Of a DNA stretch of 64,000 nt, positions 8,551 to 17,659 are shown in pieces. The translations under genes were made by a program, and so were the position numbers. Below the pieces are notes generated by a model. That model had not been told where the DNA came from. It saw only the letters and a list, made by a program, of their open reading frames with translations, and searched no databases. Source of the DNA: Escherichia phage vB_EcoM_10C2_SA_NWU. Location: sequence record OR062525, one strand, 5' to 3'. How positions within the stretch are numbered: the first letter of the stretch is position 1; the number at the start of each line of letters is the position of its first letter.

Positions 8551-10862
8551 TCACCAAGGTAATTAAAAGCAACGGATGTGAAGTAGCATTCGATCCGGAA
8601 CGTTTAAATAAGGCAGCTATTTTCGGTGACGACGGTAACGGCAATTGGTCACATATTGCACTTGATGCATACAAACGGCTGTATGATGGATGCACAACCA
8701 AAGAAGTTAACCAAGCTATTATAGACTCCTGTGTTAGCCGTAAAGACGAAGCACATTCCCGTATGGCTGGTCGTGTTCTTATTGGTCAGATTTATAAAGA
8801 GGCTTTTGGAGGGTTTACAAAGATCCCTTCCTTACCATCATTTTACAATACCATGGTTGAGAAAGGGTATTGGGAGGATATGGGTTATAGCTTTACCGAG
8901 CTAAACACTTTAGACGCTGTTATTGACCACAGTAAAGATCTCGGTTATGGCTATGCAGTCCTTAAACAGTTTCGCGACAAATACGGGATCAAGGATACTC
9001 TTAAAGACACCTTGTTTGAATCTCCCCAGATGATGTTTATGGGGATAGCAATGGCTGTCATGAAGAATATGCCGAAAGAACGTCGTATCAACGATGTTGT
9101 AAAATTATACACTTATCTGTCCGACTTAAAGATCAATGCCCCGACACCGTACTTAAACGGGCTGCGCACAGGTAAGACAGGGTATGCATCTTGTTGTGTA
9201 ATAAAAGCTGACGATACAGCAAAATCTATTGGTGTGGCACGTGAAGTTGCGTACACAATGACGGTTAACCAAGCAGGTATCGGCTACTATTTATCATCAA
9301 GATCTGCAGGCGATGGTGTTCGTGGTAACACTATTAAACACATGGGTAAGATTCCATATTATCGAGGTATTGATGCTGGGGTTAAGGAGAACAGACAACA
9401 ATCACGTGGCGGTTCTGCAACAGTATCATTTCTTGCACTAGACCCGCAGATTGATGAGCTAATCCGTTTGAGAAACCCTATGACTGTTGCTTCAAAAAGA
9501 ATCAACACCATGGACTACTCTATAGGTATTAATAGGTCGTTTATCAACCGTGTGGCTAAGAATTTAGATTGGATGCTTGTTTCTTATAAGCACGCGCCTC
9601 AACTGCATGAAGGTATCTTCACCATGTCTATGGAGGAGTTTGATGCAGAGGTTGATCGTATCGCTAAAGATGATAGTATTCCTAAAACATGGATCCGAGC
9701 TAGAGATCTTGCTGTTGAGCTGATCACGCAGCGTACTGAGGTTGGAAGGCTGTACGTATACTGGACAGACGAGATGAATAGACATACACCTTTTAAAGAT
9801 GTGATCTATTCAAGTAACCTGTGTGCAGAAATAGCCCTCCCGACAAAAGGCTATTCAGATATGCGTAATATCTTCAAGCACGATGTTGATGACGGCGAAG
9901 TTGCATTGTGCTTCCTGTCATCCCTTGTAGCTGGAAGGGTTACTCCAGAAGAGTATGAGGATGTTGCATACTACACGGTGCTTATGATTGACAATGTTAT
10001 GGAAATCATGACATATCCGTATGAAAATATGGAGAGCACTGTTAAAAAACGCAGATCCATCGGGGTTGGCCTTACCAACGTTGCACATTTTATTGCCAGC
10101 CACAAGGTTACTTACGGATCTCCTGAAAGTAAACAGCTTGTTCACGATCTTGCAGAACTTCACAGCTACAGCTTGCATAAGGCAAGTTTACGGTTGGCAA
10201 AAGAGCGTGGTGTCTGCGAGTGGATGCATAAAACAAAATATCCAGAAGGTTGGTTGCCAATCGACACCTATAACAAAGAGGTCGATAGCGTGGTGAAAGA
10301 TCCTTCTCTTAAACAGGATTGGGAAGGGTTACGTAAAGAAATCATTGAAAATGGTGGGCTACGTAATAGCGTTCTTGAAGCATATATGCCTAATGAAAGC
10401 TCTTCGCTGGCAACAAACACCACTAATGGGGTTTATCCTGTCCGTGAGCACATTATCTTTAAAAAATCGCCACAAGGGCAGGTGCTGTTTATCGTTCCTG
10501 ACTATGATGAGTTGAAAGAGTATTACACCTCGGCTTGGGACGTTGATACTAACGACATGATCGATATGTATGCTGTGATTCAAAAATTCACAGGTCAGGC
10601 AATCAGCGCGGATTTATACATAGACTACACCAAGTTGAAAGATGGTAAAATTTCAATGAAGGAGCAGCTAGGGTACCTTATCCGTGCCACTAAATTCGGG
10701 ATGAAGACATGGTATTATTTAAACTCTAGGGTTGGTGCTGGTGACTCCTTGGCAGAGGAACTTAATGCCAAGAAACAGGCTGAAGATGAAACCAGAAAGA
10801 ACTACCCTTTGATTGCAGATAGTTCAGTTGAAGATCCGTATTGCGAAAGCTGTGCACTATAA
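8547..10862 (+). CDS. nrdA: ribonucleotide reductase large subunit (class Ia NrdA)
   Basis: N-terminal ATP-cone; active-site NLCAEIAL; about 770 aa; TTG start after GGAGGA. Confidence 0.85.
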   Translation: MITKVIKSNGCEVAFDPERLNKAAIFGDDGNGNWSHIALDAYKRLYDGCTTKEVNQAIIDSCVSRKDEAHSRMAGRVLIGQIYKEAFGGFTKIPSLPSFYNTMVEKGYWEDMGYSFTELNTLDAVIDHSKDLGYGYAVLKQFRDKYGIKDTLKDTLFESPQMMFMGIAMAVMKNMPKERRINDVVKLYTYLSDLKINAPTPYLNGLRTGKTGYASCCVIKADDTAKSIGVAREVAYTMTVNQAGIGYYLSSRSAGDGVRGNTIKHMGKIPYYRGIDAGVKENRQQSRGGSATVSFLALDPQIDELIRLRNPMTVASKRINTMDYSIGINRSFINRVAKNLDWMLVSYKHAPQLHEGIFTMSMEEFDAEVDRIAKDDSIPKTWIRARDLAVELITQRTEVGRLYVYWTDEMNRHTPFKDVIYSSNLCAEIALPTKGYSDMRNIFKHDVDDGEVALCFLSSLVAGRVTPEEYEDVAYYTVLMIDNVMEIMTYPYENMESTVKKRRSIGVGLTNVAHFIASHKVTYGSPESKQLVHDLAELHSYSLHKASLRLAKERGVCEWMHKTKYPEGWLPIDTYNKEVDSVVKDPSLKQDWEGLRKEIIENGGLRNSVLEAYMPNESSSLATNTTNGVYPVREHIIFKKSPQGQVLFIVPDYDELKEYYTSAWDVDTNDMIDMYAVIQKFTGQAISADLYIDYTKLKDGKISMKEQLGYLIRATKFGMKTWYYLNSRVGAGDSLAEELNAKKQAEDETRKNYPLIADSSVEDPYCESCAL

Positions 10863-10900
10863 TTTTAAAGGGGCTTCGGCCCCATTTTAGAGGTAGAATA

Positions 10901-11989
10901 ATGGCTGTATTTAATGCTGAGAACACCGCTCATAAAACTGGTGACTATCCGCTGTTTCTGGGACAGCAAATGGGTATGTACGACTCTATCAACAAAAAAT
11001 ATCCACAACTGTTCGAACTGTACAAAAAACAAAAAGAACAAGACTGGGCAGAGGATGAAGTGGATTTGTCGCAATCTATTTCAGATTTTGTAACATGCTC
11101 CAAGTCAACTTATGATGTGATGGTGCAGACCTTGATGTGGCAATGGGAGGCTGATAGCGTTGCGGCAAGATCGATCATCTGCCTCTTTTCACCATTCATC
11201 ACTAATAGTGAGCTTTTCACTCTATTGATGAAACAGTCAGAGATTGAAGTTCTTCACGCACTAACTTACTCAGAGATTGTTAGACAATGCCTCCCCAATG
11301 CCCGTGAGATTATAGAAGAGATTCAGGAAAACCAAAACGTTCTGAGCAGATCTGGCGTTATTGTCAAATACATGCAAGAGCTTGAGGTTATTGGTGCAAA
11401 ATACCGACTGGATCCTTCTAGTGTTGAAGAAGATATTGTGCGGAAATGCATTCTTAGAGCGCTTTTTGCACTTTTAGCTCTGGAAAGTATTGAGTTTATT
11501 GCAAGTTTTGCATGCACTTTCGCAGTAGCTGAACAGGGTATTTTTGTTCAGGTGGCACAGCTTGTTCAAAAAATCATGCTTGACGAAATGCTACATTCGA
11601 AAGGTGATTTTGCCATCATTGATATCCTGCTTAACGATCCAGCATGGGAGAAAAGCTTCCTGGAGATAAAAGGGGAGTTAAAAGAGATTCTTGATGAAGT
11701 ACGAACCAAAGAGTACGGTTGGAGCGACTATATTTTCAGCGAAGGAAGAGCGATTATAGGCCTTAACTCACCGTTGCTTAAAGAATGGGTTGACTATAAC
11801 TGCTCACCGATTTATGATTACTACGATATCGACAAAGACTTTGTGCCGCCAACAAAGGACCCGCTACCGTTTATGCAGGTGTGGATGAAACCTTCATTGC
11901 AACAGACGGCGAACCAAGAAATGTCGAACACTGACTACCGAGTCAACACAACTGTTAACGACGCTGAAGAAGAAATTTGGGAGTTTTAA
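10901..11989 (+). CDS. nrdB: ribonucleotide reductase small subunit (NrdB)
   Basis: ferritin-like helices with E..H iron ligands, C-terminal EEIWEF tail; follows nrdA; start at ATG 10901 with GAGGT RBS. Confidence 0.8.
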   Translation: MAVFNAENTAHKTGDYPLFLGQQMGMYDSINKKYPQLFELYKKQKEQDWAEDEVDLSQSISDFVTCSKSTYDVMVQTLMWQWEADSVAARSIICLFSPFITNSELFTLLMKQSEIEVLHALTYSEIVRQCLPNAREIIEEIQENQNVLSRSGVIVKYMQELEVIGAKYRLDPSSVEEDIVRKCILRALFALLALESIEFIASFACTFAVAEQGIFVQVAQLVQKIMLDEMLHSKGDFAIIDILLNDPAWEKSFLEIKGELKEILDEVRTKEYGWSDYIFSEGRAIIGLNSPLLKEWVDYNCSPIYDYYDIDKDFVPPTKDPLPFMQVWMKPSLQQTANQEMSNTDYRVNTTVNDAEEEIWEF

Positions 11990-11992
11990 TAC

Positions 11993-12271
11993 ATGAGCTG
12001 TGAAAAATCTTTTTTCTTTATTATTTACGGTAAAGATAACTGCCCACATTGTGTAAGAGCAAAAGAATTTGCAGTCAGTAAAGGTCTGCCTTTTGTATAT
12101 AAGACACTTGGCGAGGGTTACACAAAAGAAGAGCTTATTGAGAAGTGCAGTCCAATCGTACCCAGAACGTTGCCGCAGATCTTCTTAGAAAGTAATCTTG
12201 AAAGTGCCCATATAGGCGGTGCCGATGATTTCATCTCTTTTGTTAAGAATGGTTTTGGAGAGAAAAAGTGA
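11993..12271 (+). CDS. glutaredoxin/thioredoxin-like protein (NrdC/NrdH-like)
   Basis: CPHC redox motif near N-terminus, about 90 aa, between nrdB and nrdD. Confidence 0.6.
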   Translation: MSCEKSFFFIIYGKDNCPHCVRAKEFAVSKGLPFVYKTLGEGYTKEELIEKCSPIVPRTLPQIFLESNLESAHIGGADDFISFVKNGFGEKK

Positions 12272-13128
12272 AAGTTGTAAAACGGGACGGTAGAGAAGAG
12301 GTCTATAACGGAATTAAGGTGATCAAGGCGGCAGAGTCCGCCTTACTTGAGTCTGGACATACTGAAGAAGAAGCTTACCGGATCGCCTGCGCGGTTAATG
12401 AAGTTGTTGCTAACAATCTACCAACCGACCAGTGCACGATCTCTGTAAAAAATATCCATATCCTTGTTGAAGACGCTCTTATGGATATGGGTTTAAAATG
12501 TGCAGCCAGAGAATACATCCAGTATAGGCAGACAAGAGATAATAACAGAGAGGCAGGTGGAAAACTGCTTGCAGATATTAGTGGCTTCTTGGATCGCACT
12601 TGTGATGAATTTACAAAAGAAAACGCAAATAAGCCTACCAATCATGTACACACTCATCGTGACCTGCTTGCAGGCATCCTTAGCAAACACCTTGCATCAA
12701 CACAGATCCTGCCAGACCGTGTCTCAGAAGAGCACAATAAAGGCTTCATCCATGTGCATGATCTTGACTACTTGATCAGTCCGTTAACAAACTGTTGTTT
12801 GGTAAATTATCCAGATATGTTGGAAAACGGATTCAACATTGGCAACGCCCATGTCAGTAAGCCGAAGTCAATAGGGGTTGCAACAACAATCCTTAGCCAA
12901 ATCTCTAGTGCAGTAGCTAGTGCTCAATATGGAGGTCAGACTATGAGCCATATTGATCATTATCTGGCACAGTATGCTGAGGCTACCTATGAGAAGAATC
13001 TTAAATTTTGCCAGGAGCACTGGTTGCCAGATGCTGAAGGTGTTGCAATGCAGATGACTGATAAAGACGTGTTTGACAGCATGCAGACGTTGCTTTATCA
13101 AATCAACACGTTAACTTCTGTCAACGGT
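12268..13128 (+). CDS. nrdD: anaerobic ribonucleotide reductase NrdD, exon 1
   Basis: ATP-cone-like N-terminus (VKRDGREEVYNGIKVIKAAE); frame ends GGT then TAA at a predicted group I 5' splice site. Confidence 0.7.
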
Positions 13129-13282
13129 TAACAAACTGGCCGTTGTAAAACTCTCCTAACCTCATAAGAGGGGTCGGTAAATCCGGCTAACGGGGAACGC
13201 TAAGGCGAAAGCTATGCCAATCCCGTGACTAGTTCTTACAGGAGTTGGAACGGTTGTAACGACTAACGAAAGGCAGAGATGC

Positions 13283-13311
13283 TTGACAAACATTTCTGAA
13301 CCAAGTAGTGT
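13283..13311 (+). promoter_or_regulatory. sigma70-like promoter for the intron homing endonuclease
   Basis: TTGACA-N17-TAGTGT upstream of GGAGAGG RBS and ATG 13353. Confidence 0.4.
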
Positions 13312-13352
13312 AGGGGTTAGTTGAAATACTAACTTCGAAATGGAGAGGCTCT

Positions 13353-13886
13353 ATGAAAAAGATCATTCTTAATGGTGAAGAATCAAACTATGTGATTGAT
13401 GAGGTTGGAAACGTATACGGAAAACGTGGAATGCTACACCCAATATTGTGGGGAGGTTATGGAAAAGGTAACAAGCATGTTAAACGCCGTTATATGTACT
13501 CTTTCAACCACAAAGGTAAAAAGATTCGAATCCAAACCTCAAGGATTGTTGCCTTGTATTGTTTGCCAGATGTCCCAGAAGACCCTGAAAACTGGGAAGT
13601 GAATCATAAAGATGGCAATACATTGAATGATCATCCGTCTAACCTAGAGTGGGTTTTGCCGGAAGATAATAAGAGACATGCTTTCCGAACAGGACTTTGT
13701 CCAGGCAAGTGCTATAGGAAAGTGCAGGCATACAAAGGGAAAACCTTAGTTGGTGAATATCCTTCACTCTATGCCTGTGCAAAAGCCTTAAATTTGAACG
13801 TAGGTAACGTTCATAGGGCTATCGAAGGAAATGCCGAAGGTAAGCATCTAACAATAAAGGGTTATTATCTTATTGAAGTAGAGTAA
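13353..13886 (+). CDS. HNH homing endonuclease (intron-encoded)
   Basis: EVNHKDGNTLNDHPSNLEWVLPEDNKRH HNH motif; N-terminal NUMOD4-like NYVIDEVGNVY; C-terminal HTH-like. Confidence 0.75.
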   Translation: MKKIILNGEESNYVIDEVGNVYGKRGMLHPILWGGYGKGNKHVKRRYMYSFNHKGKKIRIQTSRIVALYCLPDVPEDPENWEVNHKDGNTLNDHPSNLEWVLPEDNKRHAFRTGLCPGKCYRKVQAYKGKTLVGEYPSLYACAKALNLNVGNVHRAIEGNAEGKHLTIKGYYLIEVE

Positions 13887-13967
13887 GAGATAGTCTGGCC
13901 CTGTGGAAACACAGGGAGGAGACAGCAGACTCCATTCATCACATTAAGTTTAGGACTGGATACCTCG

Positions 13968-15188
13968 GTCTTTGGTAGAATGATTACCAAAAATTACTTG
14001 AAAGTCCACAAAATGGGTCTTGGTGAAGAACGGATCACACCTGTGTTCCCTAAAGTACTGTTCTTCCTAGAAGAGGGTGTCAACATGAACCCCGAGGATC
14101 CTAACTATGATTTGAAACGATTAGCTCTGGAATGCTCTGCAGAGCGGATTTATCCTGACTTTGTTTCTGTTCCACTAAATCGTAAAGTGACAGGCTCGAC
14201 AGATGGTAAAGTAACGAGCATGGGTTGCCGGAGTTTTCTTAGCAAATACAATGACTTGGAAACAGGCGAGGAGAAATACCTTGGCAGATTTAACTTAGGC
14301 GTTGTTAGCCTTAACCTACCAATGATTGCGGCAAAAGCTAAAACGGAAGGTGTTGATTTCTTTGCAGTTCTTGACGAGTACTTGGATCTGGCATACGAGG
14401 CTCACCTTGTAAGGGTTAACCGTCTAAAAGGAACAAAGGCAGGGCAGAACCCCATCATGTGGTGTGAAGGAGCCCTTGCTCGCCTGGATCCTGAAGAGAG
14501 TATTGATAAACTCTTCTATGACGGGTATGCTTCCATAAGTATTGGGTATATTGGTGTGTATGAAACCTGCCAGATTTTAGGCAGAGAGGGAGACAAGTCC
14601 TTAGCTCTTGGGATCCTTCAGCACATGAAAGACGCTTGTGATCGGTACAAAAAAGAAAGTGGTCTGGCATTCAGCTTGTACGGCACTCCTTCAGAGAGCT
14701 TGTGCTATAAGGCTGCAACATGTCTAGATCGTGAATATCCTGAAGTGTTGAAGCACGAGCACGAATACCTTACCAACAGTTTCCACCAGCCCGTGTGGAT
14801 CAATAGCTCACCTTTTGACAAGTGGAAGTATGAGGAAGGTTTTGCTATGATCTCTTCTGGCGGTAACATTGGATACATAGAAACACCTAACCTGAAAAAC
14901 AACCTGGATGCTTTGGAATCCCTTGTCGATTTCGGGTATAAACACATTATGTATTTTGGTATTAACCAACCTGTGGATAAATGTCTTAAGTGCGGATTCT
15001 CTGGTGAGTTCAGTGCAAAAGCTAAAGGCTTTGTATGCCCAGAGTGCGGAAACCATGAAGAGGGAACGATCAGTGTGATTAGACGTGTATCTGGGTATCT
15101 GTCCAGTCCAAACTCCCGACCTTACAACAAAGGTAAGCAAGCGGAAGTTATAGAACGGGTTAAGCACTACGGAAGCTGTGGTTGCTGA
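13968..15188 (+). CDS. nrdD: anaerobic ribonucleotide reductase NrdD, exon 2
   Basis: C-terminal glycyl-radical motif RRVSGYLSS and Cys cluster CLKCG...CPECG; in frame with exon 1 if spliced at 13128/13968. Confidence 0.7.
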   Translation, partial: VFGRMITKNYLKVHKMGLGEERITPVFPKVLFFLEEGVNMNPEDPNYDLKRLALECSAERIYPDFVSVPLNRKVTGSTDGKVTSMGCRSFLSKYNDLETGEEKYLGRFNLGVVSLNLPMIAAKAKTEGVDFFAVLDEYLDLAYEAHLVRVNRLKGTKAGQNPIMWCEGALARLDPEESIDKLFYDGYASISIGYIGVYETCQILGREGDKSLALGILQHMKDACDRYKKESGLAFSLYGTPSESLCYKAATCLDREYPEVLKHEHEYLTNSFHQPVWINSSPFDKWKYEEGFAMISSGGNIGYIETPNLKNNLDALESLVDFGYKHIMYFGINQPVDKCLKCGFSGEFSAKAKGFVCPECGNHEEGTISVIRRVSGYLSSPNSRPYNKGKQAEVIERVKHYGSCGC

Positions 15189-15251
15189 TACTTGACAAAA
15201 GCCACAAGGATGTGGCATATTGTTGTTACACAGTAAACTAGGAGGTGCAGT

Positions 15252-15365
15252 ATGTCGTCAGGTATTTATAAAATTTGCAAGTGTGGTTGTCATTGCAATC
15301 TTCGTTGGTGCAAGGCACTGGATGATTTTATTTGGCATTGTCCTAAATGTGATGCGGAGTACTTA
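15252..15365 (+). CDS. small Cys-rich protein (37 aa)
   Basis: ATG after TAGGAGGTG RBS; MSSGIYKICKCGCHCNLRWCKALDDFIWHCPKCDAEYL; stop overlaps nrdG start; absent from ORF track (too short). Confidence 0.4.
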
Positions 15366-15838
15366 TGAATATTGTCGGATACACAGAAATATCCTACACC
15401 GAAGGGCCAGGTCTCAGGACGGCCTTGTGGGTATCTGGGTGCCCACACGCTTGTCCTGGTTGCTTTAATCAAGCATTTTGGTCCAAAGATAGGGGAAGAG
15501 AATTCACTGAAGAAGATTTGCAGAGAATTTTGTCAGATTTGGACAATGAATCTATATGCGGTATTTCTTTGCTTGGTGGAGAGCCTTTGGCTACGTATAA
15601 TGAGCCCGGTATTATTAAACTTATGAGGAGAATTAAGGAAAAGTTTGGTGACAAGAAAACTATTCTTGTGTATACTGGGTTCACATTTGAGCATATCTCT
15701 AGTGATGTTCTTGAGCTGGCTGATATCATCATTGATGGCAAGTATGTAAAAGATTTACCAACAAAGAAACCATTCCGAGGCAGCGATAACCAAAGAATGT
15801 TTAAAAAGGTAGCAGGCGGTTGGGTTCAGGTTGACTAA
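15365..15838 (+). CDS. nrdG: anaerobic RNR activating enzyme NrdG (radical SAM)
   Basis: CPHACPGCFN cysteine cluster, about 157 aa, directly after nrdD. Confidence 0.8.
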   Translation: MNIVGYTEISYTEGPGLRTALWVSGCPHACPGCFNQAFWSKDRGREFTEEDLQRILSDLDNESICGISLLGGEPLATYNEPGIIKLMRRIKEKFGDKKTILVYTGFTFEHISSDVLELADIIIDGKYVKDLPTKKPFRGSDNQRMFKKVAGGWVQVD

Positions 15839-15842
15839 TCGT

Positions 15843-15872
15843 TGACAAAGCTTTGGTAAGTTGGTTATAATT
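15843..15872 (+). promoter_or_regulatory. sigma70-like promoter
   Basis: TTGACA-N17/18-TATAAT followed by GAGGAGG RBS. Confidence 0.5.
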
Positions 15873-15901
15873 ATCGTAATGAAAGCAGAGGAGGTGCCAA
15901 A

Positions 15902-16015
15902 TGGCTAAAAAAGCCTTGAAGAAGGCGTACAAGAAAGAGATTGCGCTTGAGCTTAAGAAAAAACACAAGCGTGAAAAGAAATATCATGAAGATGAAGAGG
16001 GGGTGCAACAGTGAC
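15902..16015 (+). CDS. small Lys-rich protein (37 aa)
   Basis: strong promoter and RBS upstream; MAKKALKKAYKKEIALELKKKHKREKKYHEDEEGVQQ. Confidence 0.35.
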
Positions 16016-16361
16016 ACAAGAGCGTATTGATTTAGCCAGTAAGTTTGTAGATCTCATTTTGCCACGGTTGGTTACTCAACATGCAGACGCTATTTCTACC
16101 AATCTTGATGGCTTACGCCTAATGCTGAACCGAACAGATGACCCACGTATTCGGGCCGATTTAGAGGCCTCTGCCAACAAACTGGAAAAGTTCTTGCAAG
16201 TAGACACGCAAGAAGCCTTGCACAAGATTATGGTGGAAGGTTTCTCTAAAGAATTCACCGTTAAAGAGCTTAAGGAGCTGATCCGCCAAGAAGAGATGAA
16301 TATCCGAGTTCAGGCTGTTGCAAGCAGCATGGAAGCGGCTATTGAAAAACTGTTGCAGTAA
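16011..16361 (+). CDS. hypothetical protein, predicted helical
   Basis: GTG-start ORF, no motif recognised. Confidence 0.4.
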   Translation: MTQERIDLASKFVDLILPRLVTQHADAISTNLDGLRLMLNRTDDPRIRADLEASANKLEKFLQVDTQEALHKIMVEGFSKEFTVKELKELIRQEEMNIRVQAVASSMEAAIEKLLQ

Positions 16362-16399
16362 AAGTCCTTGACACATCTCAATCTGAAAGGAGTCCCAAC

Positions 16400-17188
16400 A
16401 TGGGTCGAGCTAAAGAAACAAAACGCATGCGTGATGAAGCCAGAGAGGCTCGCAAATCTGATCGCCTGCGTAAGGCTGCTGAGAAATTTGCTGACGAACG
16501 AGAGCACACAGCTCCAGCTCTCCGACCAATGAACAAAAAGCAGCAAAAGTATCTTGATTATCTAGGATCGCGTAAGATTATTATTGTAAACGGTGTGTTT
16601 GGATCCGGTAAGACATTCATGGCATCTGCATATGCAGGTGATCTTTTGCGTAAGAACGAGATTGATAAGATCATTGTTGCACGCCCTTACGTTCAGACAG
16701 GAAAGACTTCAGGGTTTAAACCTGGAAACGCAATGCAGAAACTGTGGCCATATCTCCGAAGCATGATGGACACGATTTGTCGTCGTGTTGGCAAAGGTGC
16801 TTTTGCCGCAATGCTGGGAGATGGTCAGAACAGTCGTATCGAGATCTGTGAAGTTGAAAGCATTCGTGGTCGTAGTTTCGATGAGCGGTGCTTTGTCCTA
16901 ATTGACGAGGCACAGCAAACTAACCCTGAAGAAATGTTGTCAATTATCACAAGGATCTCTGATCAGGCCACACTTGTAATCATGGGTGATAATAGCCAAC
17001 GTGACATTCCTGGTAAGTCTGGGCTTGCATGGGTAACGGATTTCTTTACTCGTCATCCAGATCCTGAGGTTGGGATGATCAGCTTTGATAGCCCAGATGA
17101 TGTTGTTCGTTCTGGATTGGGCCGTCAGATTGCACTCAATCTTATTAAGGATCGTGCAAATCATATTTGGACACCTGTTTCCGAGTAA
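16400..17188 (+). CDS. phoH: PhoH-like ATPase
   Basis: Walker A GVFGSGKTFMA and VLIDEAQQT; PhoH-family length and layout. Confidence 0.8.
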   Translation: MGRAKETKRMRDEAREARKSDRLRKAAEKFADEREHTAPALRPMNKKQQKYLDYLGSRKIIIVNGVFGSGKTFMASAYAGDLLRKNEIDKIIVARPYVQTGKTSGFKPGNAMQKLWPYLRSMMDTICRRVGKGAFAAMLGDGQNSRIEICEVESIRGRSFDERCFVLIDEAQQTNPEEMLSIITRISDQATLVIMGDNSQRDIPGKSGLAWVTDFFTRHPDPEVGMISFDSPDDVVRSGLGRQIALNLIKDRANHIWTPVSE

Positions 17189-17232
17189 TACAAAAGGGTG
17201 GTTATTCCACCCTTAAATATCTAAAACAATTA

Positions 17233-17261
17233 TTGACAAACAGATAAGTTTTAGGTATTAT
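17233..17261 (+). promoter_or_regulatory. sigma70-like promoter
   Basis: TTGACA-N17-TATTAT upstream of AAGGAGAA RBS. Confidence 0.5.
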
Positions 17262-17286
17262 CGAACAAAACAAGGAGAATGACAGT

Positions 17287-17598
17287 ATGGCTACAATACA
17301 AGAGAGACTGAATAAGATATACTGCCTATTTGTCTATAACGGTGAGACAATTTTGGCAAACAAAGGATACAAGAATGTGTGGATTAAGGACAGCGGTGGT
17401 AACATAATCAACTTGGCGCTACTACGTGAGCGAAGACACCGATTCTTCACTGAGTCCCGTGTTATTGAAAGCAACACATTTTACAGAACAGGGGATAAAG
17501 TAATTGTTGACAATGACACGTGGTATGTGGTAGACTGGCAATCGTTGACCTGTGATGCTTCTGACAATTGTAAGTATTCCATGGTAATTGCTAAATAA
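17287..17598 (+). CDS. hypothetical protein
   Basis: ORF with promoter and RBS. Confidence 0.45.
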   Translation: MATIQERLNKIYCLFVYNGETILANKGYKNVWIKDSGGNIINLALLRERRHRFFTESRVIESNTFYRTGDKVIVDNDTWYVVDWQSLTCDASDNCKYSMVIAK

Positions 17599-17659
17599 AG
17601 GCAAATGAGAATCAGGTTTAAATAGATCGCTTTTAACTTTCCAACATTAAGGACCTCAC

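Larger units (their letters stand above)
13129..13967 (+). mobile_element. group I intron interrupting nrdD (boundaries approximate)
   Basis: exon-end CAACGGU pairs with downstream GCCGUUG (P1 with U.G at splice site); core-like CUAACGGGGAACG and AAUCCCGUG resembling what I recall of the T4 nrdD (sunY) intron core; embedded HNH ORF; 3' end at an in-frame G. Confidence 0.6.

Noticed and set aside
8547-10862. Intein or intron in nrdA
   Set aside because: Length (771 aa) and continuous reading frame are normal for class Ia NrdA; no sign of interruption.
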